DNA of 64,000 nucleotides from Negaprion brevirostris (taxonomy: Eukaryota), in NCBI GenBank assembly GCA_030324005.1, contig JARDVH010000001.1, positions 152,184,898-152,248,897 on the forward strand. Direction: 5' to 3'. The position numbers and the translations under genes were made by a program. How positions within the stretch are numbered: the stretch's first letter is position 1; each line of letters opens with the position of its first letter. Shown piece by piece: positions 1 to 12,526 of this stretch. A model generated the notes under the pieces. The model saw only the letters and a list, made by a program, of their open reading frames with translations, had not been told where the DNA came from and searched no databases.

Positions 1-123
1 CCTGCACTCTCTCATTTCCTTTTCTACGAACGGTATGCTTTGTCTGCAGAGCACACAAGAAACAATACTTTTCACTGTATACTAATACATGTGACAATAA
101 TACATCAAATTAAATTAAATCAA
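1..123 (+). mobile_element. 3' end of a non-LTR retrotransposon (Rex1/Babar-like tail)
   Basis: TTTTCACTGTA...TGTGACAATAATA followed by an (ATCAA/TTAAA)n tail; reverse-complement match to 40626-40745. Confidence 0.6.
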
Positions 124-275
124 TATTTAATGTTAATGCCTTTCACAGAACTTTTTTTGAGACAAAACAACCTCTCTCTAGCCTACTAACCACAATTTGT
201 CTACATGTCCCCTTTACAAAAATAAGAGACTAAATTGCTTTTAGAGTTGCTTTAAAATAAAGTCCTTTTCTAAAA

Positions 276-622
276 GGACACAGTGGTCAGCACTGCTGCC
301 TCTCAGCACCAGGGACCTGGTTCAATTCCATCCTTGATTGTCTGTGTGGAGTTTGCACGTTCTCCCCGTGTCTCTGTGGGTTTTCTTTGGGTGCTCCGGT
401 CTGCTTCCAATCCAAAGATGTGCAAGTTAGGTGGATTGGCCATTATAAATTACCCCTTAGTGTTCCAAGATGTGTCAGTTAGGGGGATTAGCAAGGTAAA
501 TGCATGGGATTAAGAGAATTGGGGGGGGGGTTGGGGTTGGGCCTGGGTAAGGTGCGCTGTAAGAGAGTTGATGCAGATTGATGGGCTAAATGGCCTCCTT
601 CCACATTGCAAGGATTCTATGA
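276..622 (+). mobile_element. tRNA-derived V-SINE (HE1-like), CR1-type tail
   Basis: Head CAGTGGTCAGCACTGCTGCC...GGTTCAATTCC (A/B boxes), V-domain TGTGGAGTTTGCACGTTCTCCCCGTG, tail GGATTCTATGAT. Confidence 0.85.
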
Positions 623-981
623 TGCTAAATCTTCTCTGTGGAAAAATTGTCAAGGAAATACAGAAACATGGCAATCTAATTGTTAATGCTTTGTTAATCA
701 CATTATTAGGTTGTGTTAATGTAATTCCGAAGGTTAAACAAACAGGTGATGGTTATTGTCTTTAAAAGTTATCCCCACCTCTCATTTTTGATCTTCTGTT
801 TAACTTACTGTTTCTTGTTTTATTGAAAGAGGTTACAAACAGGGGGATAGCTGGGGCACTGGGTTGAGTGGACGGTTAGCTGTGAGACTGAACATGTCAA
901 TAGAACTCTCTTGATCAATAAAAGCTCTGCACCTTTATTTCAACTTCATCAATTGGCTTGGATTCTATTAACACATTATTA

Positions 982-1281
982 AAGTTTATTTATTAGTACA
1001 CAAGTGGGCTTACACTAACACCGCTTTGAAGTCACTATGAAAATCCCCTAGTTGCTACACTCTGGTGCCTGTTCAGGTACACTGAGGGAGAATTTAGCAT
1101 GGCCAATGCCCCTAGCCAGCACATCTTTCAGACTATGGCGGGAAAACCCGGAGCACCCAGATGAGATGCACACAAACATGGGGAGAACATGCAGACTTCG
1201 CACACACAGTGACCCAAGCCAGGAATTGAACCCAGGTCCCTGGCGCTGTGAGGCAGCAGTGCTAACCACTGTGCTACTGTG
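982..1281 (-). mobile_element. V-SINE with alternative (AATAAATAAA-ending) tail
   Basis: Same head and V-domain as the HE1-like copies but a different 3' region; CATTAT flanks at 974 and 1282 look like a TSD. Confidence 0.85.
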
Positions 1282-2117
1282 CATTATATTCAATTTATTG
1301 AAGGGTTTTAACAAATTGAGCAACAGGACTTCAGTTTGTACAAACACTACAAAATAAATAGACAGGACCAATCAATAATAACTTACACATACCAAGCTTC
1401 CAGAGTGTACCTATAGGTCATAGTGGATAAATGCCAAGCCATCTAATTACTTCTGGCACTGAGATAGTTTGTACTTAGTATTGGTTTGGTTCGATCCGTT
1501 TAAATCAAGTAACTTGTCAAGTCAAGATGTATTATTTGTAATTCAGCATCCATTATCCTTGTTAGGATACAATGCAACTGCATCAATCAGCACCTGGAAT
1601 TAGCCAGATTATATGACTTGCCATGGAATTGAAACCTCAGTTTTCTGAGGTTCCTACCCTTCAATATCGATTATGCCAATGCTCTTCCAATATGTTAATT
1701 GTCAATCTGATAAAAGTTGGATCTTATTCAGTACGGAGGAGCTGGATGCCGAGAACATTTCATTAGATTTGGTCATCTAATATTGCAATTACAACTTAAG
1801 TTAACATATGCAGGAGAAAACCCTTTGTAATTTATTATTGTGAGAAGTACAGCCACAGTAATAATCACAATTCTTGGAAATTGAAGCTTTCAAAGAAAAG
1901 AATACATTTGCATTGTGCACAGAATATCATAATATTATCCGAGACCTTGGTAGTTATCTTGAAGTTACTCCTGAAACATTTTTAATAACACATTGCTTTG
2001 ACTATAGTTCCCACTGATGGCCTTTGATTTTTAGAATGATACAACTGTGTGTTGACACAGTATTAGATATTGATATTTCTATAATGGTTTTAATGTAATA
2101 AAATGTCCTAAGGTACT

Positions 2118-2760
2118 TTTTTTTATATTCATTGTGGAACATGGATGTCGCTGGCTGGGTAGCATTTATTGCCCATCCCTAGTTGCCCTTGAGAAAGTGG
2201 TGGTGAGCTGCTTTCTTGAATCGCTGCAGTGGGTTGACCCCCCACTGGTGTTAGGGAGGGAATTCCAGGATATTGTCCCAGCAACTGTGAAGGAACGGCA
2301 ATATATTTTCAAGTCAAGGTGGTGAGTGGCTTGTAGAGGAACATGCATGTGATGGTGTTCCCACGTACCTGCTGTCTTGGCCCTTCAAAAGGAAGTGGTT
2401 GAGGGTTTGGAAGGTGCTGTCTAAGGATCTTTGGTGAGTTGCTGCAGTGCATCTTGTAGATAGTACACACTGCTGCTACTGAGCGTCAGTGGTGGACGAT
2501 ATTTGTGGATGTAGTGCTAAAAAAGTGGGCTGTTTTGTCCTGGATAGTGTCAAACTTCTTGCGTGTTGCTGGAGCTACACCCATCCAGGCAATTGTGGAG
2601 TATTCCATCACACCCGATTTGTGCCTTGTAGATGGTGGATAGGAGACTCAGGAGGTGAGTTACTCACTGCAGTATTCTTAGTTGTGACCTGCTCTTGTGG
2701 CCACTGTGTTTATGTGGTTGAGTTTCAGGTCAACGGTAACCCTAAGGATGTTGTTCAGTA
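2118..2760 (-). mobile_element. 3' part of a LINE (L2/CR1 group), tail ...ATGAAT(A)n
   Basis: Tail matches the 3' ends of the SINEs at 12730-13100 and 17712-18050; body matches the fragments at 9490-9597 and 11592-11700. Confidence 0.7.
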
Positions 2761-3192
2761 ATGGTCATGCTTCACCATACTTCAAAATTGAGATCAAAGT
2801 ATCCCGACTTGATTGCTCAGTTTAGGTTTAGACACATTTTTGGTTCCTGTTAGAAAGAAAAGCTCCCAAATTCTTGGGTCCTGGGAGGAGCTACAACAAC
2901 ATTGATGTTAGAGAGGGGTTCCAGGATTTTGATGCAGTGAAGGAGATGTGAAAAAGCTCCAAATCCAGGAAGGAGTGTGGCTTGGAGAGGAACTTCCAGG
3001 TGCTGGAGTTCCCAAGTCCTGGAGACAGTGTTAAGAAAAATGTTAAGACAAATCCTAAGCAACACAGGATTGTCTTGTGTGAAAATCTGTGCTATTCTAC
3101 ATCTTAAAGAGGACCAACCAAGATATGATCTAATAGTGACATGTAAGAAACAGCATAGAAAAGATAAATTCAGAACCTTACTCCTGTTAAAC

Positions 3193-3503
3193 TGTGGTTA
3201 GCACCGCTGCCTCACAGCACCAAGGGCCCGGGTTCAATTCCAACCTTGGGTCACTGTCCGTGTGGAGTATGCACATTCTCCCTGTGCCTGCATGGGTTTC
3301 CTCCGGGTGCTCCAGTTCCCTCCCACCTGAGATGTGCAGGTAAGGTGGATTGGCAAATTGTACCAAGATGTGTAGATTCAGGGAATTAGCATAGTAAATA
3401 TGTGGGGTTACAGGGATAGGGCTTGAGTAACATGCTCTGTTGGAGAGTCGGTGCAGATTCGATGGGTCAAATGATCTCTTTCTGTACCGTAGTGATTCTA
3501 TGG
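3193..3503 (+). mobile_element. V-SINE (HE1-like) inserted into an old CR1 3' fragment
   Basis: tRNA head, V-domain, GATTCTATG tail; CR1-like sequence on both sides (about 3100-3190 and 3505-3700). Confidence 0.8.
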
Positions 3504-4270
3504 TGAACCTTGACAGCAGGAAATTGTGACATAGGCCTTAACTAGCAATCAGCAAATTGTGGACAAACAACAGGAAATTCTTTGTAAAACAAAGAATTGA
3601 TCAACTGGGAACTTACTTCCAAATAGGGTAAAGGGGCTAAAATTATTGGAATCATTTAGATGGGGTGATCACTTGGATGGGGTCGTGGGGATATAATTAT
3701 TTTTCAGGATCACATAATCTCACCTTTCCCTTATCATCTTCTGAAATGACAACTCTCAAAGAGTTCAAATTTAATTTCCTTTATAGATGTGATCAGCCCA
3801 TTAATTAGCGTAGAATGTGCCGTGGAAATGAAAAAAATTCTTTACACCTTATCAGTTGTTGAAAAGTCTCAAAATGATTTGTCATGAGTTAATTATTGGT
3901 GCAATGATTGCTTTTATTCAAGAAATCCATAGCGACAATCTGCGTCAACAGTAAGTATATATATTTGCAGCATTTTTCTTTCGCTGTTTATCACCTCTTT
4001 GTCCGCAGCAGTGCACAGAACTAACAAAAATATGAAATGACTACTCTGAGAAGACAAATGTATGAGGAATTCTAACCATTACTGTCTGACCCAGGTTACA
4101 ACTACATCAATGATAAGATCTCTATAACAAAAGATTATGTCATGAGCCAATTGTAATATACTAATGTTGTTCAAGACTGGAACTTGCGGTTATTTGTAAG
4201 CAGTTATCTCTTGCTCTTTGCAAGAAAGAAGCAATTGACACAAATGCACAATGCTCAATAGCACAAGAAG

Positions 4271-4600
4271 TGGCACTGTGACACGGTGGTTAGTACTGCT
4301 GTCTCACAGAGCAAGGGACCGGGGTTCAATTCCAGGCCCGGGTCACTTCTGTGTGGAGTTTGCACATTCTCCCTATGTCTGCGTGGGTTTCCACCAGGTG
4401 CTCCAGTTTCGTCCCACAGTCTGAAGATGTGCTGGTCAGGTGGATTGGCAATGCTAAATTGCTCCTTAGTGTCTGGGGGACCAGCCAAGGAAAGTGCATA
4501 GGGTTATGACGATAGGGTTTGGGTGGGATTGTAGTCAGCGCAGACTCGTTGGGCTAAATGGTCTTGTTCTGCACTGAAGGGATTCTATGCCTCTATGATT
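4271..4600 (+). mobile_element. V-SINE (HE1-like)
   Basis: tRNA head, V-domain, GGGATTCTATG...CTATGATT tail. Confidence 0.85.
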
Positions 4601-4713
4601 CAACAGCAAGGAGAGAAATAATGAGCAGAGTTAGTTCAATCCTTGGCTGTTATACATGTCAGAGCCACTGGATGTCACTGTTTGACAAAACAACGACTTA
4701 AAAGTTTTTTCAA

Positions 4714-5006
4714 AAGTTTATTTGTGTTACAAGTCGGCTTACACTAACACTGCAATGAAGTTACTATGAAAATCCCCTAGTTGCCACACTCTGGTGCCTG
4801 TTCAGGCATACTGAGGGAGAATTTAGTATACTTAATGCACCTACCCAGCACGACTTTCAGACTGTGGGAGGAAACCAGAGCACCCAGAAGAAACCCATGC
4901 AGACACAGGGAGAATGTGCAAACTCCACATAGACAATGGCCCAAGCTCGGAATCAAACCCGGGTCTCTGGCACTGTGAGGCAGCAGTGCTAACCACTGTG
5001 CTGCCC
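4714..5006 (-). mobile_element. V-SINE with alternative tail
   Basis: Aligns by eye along its length with 982-1281. Confidence 0.85.
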
Positions 5007-5582
5007 TATTGTCAAAATACCACTGATTATAAATGTCAATCCCCAGGGAGCTCGTATTCAACAAGCCCAACTAGGAGGTCAAGTAGTGTTTCCCCATACA
5101 GATCATAGGGATTATCACATAGATAATACCTTCTGAGTTTCATGTTGTCCAGACCGCCAACACTTCTTCTGCTAGAGTTCAGAATTTTCAGTCGATATTC
5201 CCAGCATCAATAGTAATATAAAAAAGTGAGGAGTAGTGGTTAACCATTCTGTTTTAACCTGCAATGATAAAACTGGTCAGGTGACGAGCAACATTTTTAT
5301 AACTTTGCTGTTCCTAAATTACCATCGGATGGAAAAGAAACTTTACTGAATCATTCACAGAATNNNNNNNNNNNNNNNNNNNNNNNNNNNNNNNNNNNNN
5401 NNNNNNNNNNNNNNNNNNNNNNNNNNNNNNNNNNNNNNNNNNNNNNNNNNNNNNNNNNNNNNNNNNNNNNNNNNNNNNNNNNNNNNNNNNNNNNNNNNNN
5501 NNNNNNNNNNNNNNNNNNNNNNNNNNNNNNNNNNNNNNNNNNNNNNNNNNNNNNNNNNNNNNNNNNNNNNNNNNNNNNNNNN

Positions 5583-5713
5583 GCTGCCTTTAAGATCAGG
5601 GGGATTCACAGGATAAATATGTGGGGTTACAAGCTTAGAATCTGGGCGGGATTGTTGTTGGTACAAGCTCAATGGGCCAAATGGCCTTCTCCTGCACTGT
5701 AGGGATTCTATGA
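5583..5713 (+). mobile_element. 3' half of an HE1-like SINE (5' part lies in the gap)
   Basis: TGCACTGTAGGGATTCTATGA tail. Confidence 0.75.
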
Positions 5714-6239
5714 ATTGGTGTTTCAGCACTAAAGGGAGCAGTAAACATTGGAATTAATTTTTGGTTGAGGAGATTATATTTTGGATACCAGTGACATGAT
5801 ATTTTCTGATAATAGACCATGTCAGTATACTGCTAATTGCACAAGTGAGTTATATACATTCTTTTTAGTTGATAAGATGAACTTATAGGAATCCTGTCAC
5901 TGGTTTTCTTCACATTTTATCCTTCCTCAATGTGAGTTCTATCATTATCAAACTAATAAATAATTTAAAATATCTTTAACTCTGATTCTTCTTTTACTCC
6001 GCTTCTCCTGAAGTCAGTAACTCATATTCAGAGGTCAGGTATCAGGGCGTGATTCCTGGATCACTCCTGGTGACATCTCTCAAGGTGCTTTTCATCCACT
6101 GAGCTATTAGGAGATTAACTGTACATTTTTCATGTGGTTGAAAATTATATTTGTCAGCCCTGTCATTGATTACGAAACACACAATATGGGCAGAAACTGC
6201 TGCAAATATGAGAGAGTAACCCAATTCTGATCTGGAGCA

Positions 6240-6963
6240 CTGGACGAATTTCCCCAGTCCCTTGGAGGCGGTGTCGGAGGCAGAGGATTGGGGGGACGGA
6301 CATGGAAGAAAGGAGAGAGCTTAACTGGGACAGATCCCTGATGTACTTTTTTCTTTCAAGGAATTTTCTTAGAGGCTGGTTTGGAACTGGGTTGGCTTCC
6401 CCCTCCACAGAGGCAGGCAGTAAATTAAAACAACTGGAATTGGTTGGAGGCCTTTCCCACCATCCAAAAACACTTGGAGGCCTTTCCCACCATCCGAACA
6501 ACAGCTTCCTGTCAAGTATGGGGGCTGCCAGCTCAGTTGAGCCTGCCTCATAGCAATGGGCCGGGTGGCCATTGGAGCTGAAGGCTCAATGCCAATGCTA
6601 GGCTCCGACCATATCCATTGCTACCTCTGTGGAAGGATTTCTGCTTCACCCAAATGGTCTTGATTTGGTGCTTTCAATGCAGGAAAATCAGGATGGCTCC
6701 ATGTTGAGACCCCCTTGTGCTTTCTTGCCTCTGCCTCGCCTGGTTGGGCTGCCAGTTTGACATCAGTGCCAGCCCTTTGATTGGCCCTCTAGTCTCGGGA
6801 AGTTCTTCACTGTCCTCATTGGAGATTAATGTGGAGGGGGCCTATACGGTGGAGGCTGCCTCTTGGAGGCTTGTGCCAATGGATTGTTGACAACATAGTT
6901 GGGCTCAGGATGTCCCTATGGCCCCAGTGCCAGGGTCCCAACTCTCACTGAGATTTCAGCCCA
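6240..6963. mobile_element. GC-rich non-autonomous DNA-transposon-like element
   Basis: Sharp GC increase; termini GGACGAATTTCC...GAGATTTCAGCCC resemble the termini at 7528-7659 and 30961-30976. Confidence 0.45.
6444..6500. repeat. Tandem duplication, 30-bp unit x2 (TTGGAGGCCTTTCCCACCATCC...)
   Basis: Seen directly in the sequence. Confidence 0.9.
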
Positions 6964-6967
6964 CTAA

Positions 6968-7030
6968 CTGGGGTTCTCTCTCCATAGATGCTGCCAGACC
7001 TGCTGAATACTTCCAGCAGTTCCTGTTTTG
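6968..7030 (+). mobile_element. Penelope-like terminal fragment
   Basis: TCTCTCTCCATAGATGCTGCCAGACCTGCTGAATACTTCCAGCA; related copies at 11925-12020 (-) and 41990-42095 (+). Family assignment is from recollection. Confidence 0.5.
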
Positions 7031-7524
7031 AAGTACTTTGCTCTCAGTGAAGTGCCACATGTACTTTTACCCATTTGAAAGTGGAGTTTGAAGGGTGAAG
7101 AAATATTTATTCCATTTCTAACAAATTAGTTGATGGATTTACAGGAAAAAAATCATTACAAATAATTTCCAAATTGCACAGGAAATATTTTAGTTTTGTT
7201 TCGTTTTGGAGTAGTTCTGAAAAAAGAGACACGTTATTGAAACTTTTTGTCTTGCACCCATCAGGACTGCTTGCTGCCTAAGATACAAATAGAAATCAAA
7301 AATGGCAAGTTTGTCTCAGCCAGAGATTACTTTATCAAAGATACTTCTGGCCAGGCAGAAGATAGAATGCATAATTTTCAAAAAAAAGTTCTATAAATGA
7401 AGAAAATAAATATTTCACGTTCTTCCTCATTCTTTGAGTATTCTTGGTCATTCAATCAACCTCCTGCACATATAATCAATCGCACATGTTCCGACTGGTT
7501 TTAATGAAATTAGTCCACGGGTAT

Positions 7525-7662
7525 CATGGGCATGATCTTACCTGCCGTTCACACTCCCGTTGCAGCAAGGTCAGAGAATTTGGTGGTCTGCTAAATCTCC
7601 GTTCACTGCGGCGGGATGGGAAAATCCCTCCAGAATAAGCGGTGGTAAGATTCTGGTCCATG
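7525..7662. mobile_element. Short MITE-like element with imperfect terminal inverted repeats
   Basis: CATGGGCATGATCTTACC ... GGTAAGATTCTGGTCCATG inverted ends. Confidence 0.55.
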
Positions 7663-8384
7663 TGTTTCATATCATCTTTCATGGTGCCTTATTTTCTCTC
7701 AATATTGACATGGTTTTAGACAATGATGAGACATTGACACAAATTAAACTATGGATTTCAAATCACATCTCTGTGTTCAGTTAAATTCAGTCTAGCTTAC
7801 AGAACAATGTCCAACTGTCAGTGCAAAGATTTGGACTCTAGACTTGCTTATTCAGGGTTATGCTTCTGGAAGACAGAGCACGTATCATTAAACGTTAACT
7901 GAATAACTTAGCTTAATATTAATGACCTATAAACAGTGCAGTTTACTGATGGCACAAAACTTGAAAGTATTGCGAAGTGCGGGAAGAATGGTGATAGATT
8001 TCAAGAAGACTTCACCAGCCTGATATTCTGGACTGAAACATTTCCACAGGAAGAGAGAGGAGAGATAATGTAAAAGAAAGGGTGCGACTCTAAAAGATGA
8101 GTTTGGAGAAACGCCTTTGTCATTGTGCACTGTGCATGTGTTGTGCTGTGGCTTGCCATTGTCAGATGACCTCTGAGTTACATGACCTCCAGTGTCATTC
8201 CTAATTGAGAAAAGGCTTCAGGAAGAAGCCCTTTTACCCACCACAAAGAATGTGGTAGTGCTTGCGCTGAATTTGTGTGGATTTTGATAGCTGTAAGAGA
8301 GCCAGCTACAAGAAACAACAGAGAAGAATTGAAACTTCAATCTGCAACTACATATAGGACATTGACTGCAAGGTGAGTCAGCAT

Positions 8385-9480
8385 GGATTTGAATAACCCA
8401 GTCCTGGATCCTACAGAGATGAAGGCAGATTTGAGAAATGAATTGGAAAATCTTCCGATCTCAATGGCAGAACTATGAAACTGCCACACTGCTGGGCGAG
8501 AAACCTGAACTAATAAGAATAACAACTGTGGAATATCACCATGGGGAAAGAGTGATACATTTTTATTACATACCGAGGAGCAGGAAAGTCAGTCTTACAA
8601 AACCCTGGAGGCCTTAAAAACCCACTTTGAGCCCTCTACTAATGTTATTTATGAACGCTACGTATTCAATGGCAAAGTTCAGGAAGGGGGGGAGAACATT
8701 GATCATTGACTAAATATTGACGTGGCTGTACTGAGATGTATAGCTGAATCTTGAGAGTTTGGGCAACTGAATGATTTGATCAGAGATATGATTTTCTTAG
8801 AGAAAAGAGATCCTGCTGATAGGAGAGAAACCTACTCTCAAGAAAGTTATTGACATATGCAGATTTGAAGTGCTTAATCATCAGCTAAAGGGTATTGATG
8901 GAAAAATTGATGGAGTTTTTCTCTCTGCTAAGAGGCAGTCCAGACTTTCCAAGCATAAGAAAATGAAGAAGAAAGGCTGCTTACAAAAGGGCCAAGAGAA
9001 AGACCAAGGCCAGAGTACTGGATGCAAATATTGCAGAGGGCACCACACCAAAGAAAAGGAAGCATGCCTGAAGTGTGGGGAAGGCAGTGCTCTAACTACA
9101 GGAAGATGAATCACTTCACACACAATTGTTTTACTGGAAAAAAGAAAAGCAAGCCGAGAAAAATGGCTGCTGGAGAGATGTCAGATGATTCTGAAGAGAC
9201 ACTCTACACCCTAGAACAGGTTGACACTGTCAAGTCTCTAGGTAAATAAAGGATGTGACTATGGGAATGGTGACAGCAGAAGCAGGGCATCAAGTCATTG
9301 TGAAGTGTCAGCTTGACATTGGTACGACGTGCAACATCACCAGACCTGTGTGAAGTCGTTCACAATGGTGACCTGAAAATGAAACTGCCAAAGATAAAGT
9401 TGAGGCTATAAAGTTGAGTCCAGTGCAATGGGAAGAATGAGATCTACAGTTCTAGATAGTAGACACTAAAACAAAATCTC
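8385..9480 (+). mobile_element. Decayed Ty3/Gypsy LTR-retrotransposon gag + aspartic protease
   Basis: Fragments NWKIFRSQWQNYETATL, LEALKTHFEPSTNVIYERYVFN..Q..GENID, CKYC...H / C..Y.KMNHF..NC zinc-knuckle remnants, and protease VKCQLDIGTTCNI (DTG-like); multiple stops and frameshifts. Confidence 0.8.
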
Positions 9481-9596
9481 CTCACCTCAAGGTGGTGTGC
9501 AGCTTTGACGGAATTTCCGGGTGTTATTCCTTACTTGTATCTACTGTTATTGTCCTTCTAAGTGACAAAGGTCACTGGTTTGGAAGGTGCTGTAGA

Positions 9597-11591
9597 AGGT
9601 CAAGAAGAAGAAGGAGGCACATGACATGCATAGGCAGCTGGAATCAAGTGAATCCCTTGAAGAGTATAGGGAGTGTAGGAGTAGAGTTCAGAGTGTAATC
9701 AGGAAGGCAAAGAAGGGGACACAAAATTGTTTTAGCAGATAAGACAATGGAGAATCCAAATAGCTTCTACAAATACGTAAAGGGCAAAGTGTTAGAAGGG
9801 AGACAGTACGGCCTCTTAAGGAACAACAAGGATCTGTGTTGTGTCTCTTGTGGATCTGTGTGCAGATCCACAAGAGATGCATGAGACCCTAAATGAATAT
9901 TTCTTATCAGTATTTACTGTTGAGAAAAACATGGATGTTAGGGAACTTGGGGAAATAAATAGCGATGTCTTGAGGAGTGTACAGATTACAGAGAAGGAGG
10001 TGCTGGAAGTCTTAAAGCACATCAAAATAGGTAAGTACCCAGGACCTCATGAAGTGTATCCCAGGATGTTGTGGAAGCCTATGGAGGAAATTGCAGATCC
10101 CCTGGCAGAGATATTTGAATCATTAACAGCCACAGGTGAGGTGCCTGAAGACTGGAGGGTGCAAATGTTGTACCTTTGTTTAAGAAGGGCTTCAGGGAAA
10201 AGCTTGGGAACTACAGGCCTGTGAGCCTAACATCTATAGTGGGTAGTTTGTTGGAATGTATTCTGAGAGACAGGATCTACAGGCATTGAGAAAGGCAAAG
10301 ACTGATTTGGGACAATCAGCATGGCTTTGTGAATGAAAAGTCATGTCTCAAAAATTTGATTGCGTTTTTCAAAGAGGTAACCAAGAAGGTAGATGAGGGC
10401 AGTGCAGCTGATGTTGTTTGCATGGACTTCAGCAAGATCTTTGACAAGATACCACATAATCGGTTGTTGCATAACATTAAATCTCATGAGATCCAAGGTG
10501 AGGTAGTCAAATAGATACAAAATTGGCTTGATGACAGAGACAGAAGGTGGTTGTAGAGGATTGTTTTTCAAACTGAGGGCCTATGACCAGTGGTGTGCCT
10601 CAGGGATCAGTTCTGGGCCCATCGTTATTTGTCATTTATATTAATGATTTGGATAAGAATTGAGAAGGCCATGGTTACTAACCTTGTGGATGACACCAAG
10701 ATTGATCATATAGTAGACAATGAAGAAGGTTATCTAGGATTGCAATTAGATCATGATCAATTGGGCCAGTGGGCTGATGAACAGCAGATGGAGTTCAATT
10801 TNNNNNNNNNNNNNNNNNNNNNNNNNNNNNNNNNNNNNNNNNNNNNNNNNNNNNNNNNNNNNNNNNNNNNNNNNNNNNNNNNNNNNNNNNNNNNNNNNNN
10901 NNNNNNNNNNNNNNNNNNNNNNNNNNNNNNNNNNNNNNNNNNNNNNNNNNNNNNNNNNNNNNNNNNNNNNNNNNNNNNNNNNNNNNNNNNNNNNNNNNNN
11001 NNNNNNNNNNNNNNNNNNNNNNNNNNNNNNNNNNNNNNNNNNNNNNNNNNNNNNNNNNNNNNNNNNNNNNNNNNNNNNNNNNNNNNNNNNNNNNNNNNNN
11101 NNNNNNNNNNNNNNNNNNNNNNNNNNNNNNNNNNNNNNNNNNNNNNNNNNNNNNNNNNNNNNNNNNNNNNNNNNNNNNNNNNNNNNNNNNNNNNNNNNNN
11201 NNNNNNNNNNNNNNNNNNNNNNNNNNNNNNNNNNNNNNNNNNNNNNNNNNNNNNNNNNNNNNNNNNNNNNNNNNNNNNNNNNNNNNNNNNNNNNNNNNNN
11301 AGAGGAAATAGGTTTAAGGTGAGAGGGGAGAGATACAAAAAGGTCCAGAGGGTAGACCCTTTCACACAGAGGGTAGTGAGTGTCTGGAACAAGCTGCTAA
11401 AGGTAGTAGTAGAGGCGGGTACAATTTTGTCTTTTAAAAAGCATTTGGACCGTTACATGGGTAAAATGGGTATAGAAGGATATGAGCCAAATGCGGGCAA
11501 TTGGGATTAGCTTAGGGGTTTAAAAAAAAGGGCGGCATAGACAAGTTGGGCTGAAGGGTCTGTTTGCATGCTGAAAAACTCTATGACTCTA
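9597..11591 (+). mobile_element. 5'-truncated CR1 LINE (ORF2 reverse transcriptase and 3' tail), degenerate
   Basis: ORF fragments LNEYFLSVFT, K.PGP.EVYPRML, GEVPEDWR, KSCLKNLI.FF, MDFSKIFDKIPH, LVDDTKI, FTQRVVSVWNKL; CTATGACTCTAT tail. Confidence 0.92.
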
Positions 11592-11603
11592 TTACCCTTA
11601 GCA

Positions 11604-11651
11604 AGATGCTGCAGTCCAATTTGTAGATGCTGCAGTCCAATTTGTAGATGC
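11604..11651. repeat. 21-bp tandem duplication AGATGCTGCAGTCCAATTTGT x2
   Basis: Seen directly in the sequence. Confidence 0.85.
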
Positions 11652-12204
11652 TATTGATTGCAAACACATTGCCCTGGAGGTGGAAGGAGGGAATGTTTCA
11701 ACTTAGTTAAAGTATGGCCATTGCCACTGGACTTAGTGCAAGGAACTGGGAGAGGAAGAATCAGCCAGGGAACTGCTGTCCTATAATGACAAGTCAGGGA
11801 TGTTTCCTGGAAGTGTTAATAGGAAGTGGAAGACTGTGACAACCTATGTTATCAAATAGCCCATCATGTCTCAAAGCTGGGTGAAGTAGCAGAGGATGGT
11901 TTATTTCTGAGGAATGAATGAATCAAAACAGGAAGCACTGGAATGACTCAGCAAGTCCACTAATGCCTGTGGAGAGAGAAACAGAATTAACATTGAGTTG
12001 AATACATCTAATCTTCAGACTATGGCTCCCTCGTTTCCAGAAAGGAAGGGATTGAATACAACTTCTTGCCGGTGACAGTCTCAATGGGTTCATTATCAGC
12101 ACACCATCCCAGGAGACAGTTTTGTCTCTTGTTTCTTCCTTGTTCAGGTGGATTCCCTCTCCTTGGTAAAGAAATCATATCTGCACTCCTTATACTTACA
12201 TGAT

Positions 12205-12526
12205 TAGAAATCATAGAATCCCAAGAGTACACAAGGAGCCCATTCGGCCCATTGACCCTGCACCAACCACAATACCACCCAGGCCCTATTCCTGTAACCC
12301 CACATATTTACCCTAGCTAGTCCCCCTGACACAAAGGGGAAATTTTGCATGATCAATCAACCTAATCAGCACATCTTTAGAATGTGAAAGGAAACCACAG
12401 CACCCGGAGAAAACTCATGCAGACATGGGGATAACGTGCAGATTCCACACAGACAGTAATCCGAGGCCGGATTTGAACCCGGGTCCCTGGTGCTGTGAGA
12501 CGGCAGTGCTAACCACTGTGCCACTG
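12205..12526 (-). mobile_element. V-SINE (HE1-like)
   Basis: Reverse complement of tRNA head, V-domain and GATTCTATGA tail. Confidence 0.85.

Noticed and set aside
276-340. tRNA-like heads as tRNA genes
   Set aside because: A/B boxes run straight into SINE bodies, with no complete cloverleaf.
283-5108. Recurrent short ORFs (MVSTAASQ..., AQWLALLPHS..., CEAAVLTTV)
   Set aside because: These are translations of SINE copies, not a gene family.
6444-6500. Direct repeat of 22 bp with short intervening sequence
   Set aside because: Only two copies; a simple 30-bp tandem duplication.
7270-7437. About 55-codon open frame (LLPKIQIEIKNGKF...)
   Set aside because: No recognisable homology or splice context; compatible with chance.
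8870-9249. Cys/His-rich ORFs as a domesticated gag gene
   Set aside because: Multiple stops and frameshifts across the gag-protease region indicate a dead Gypsy relic.
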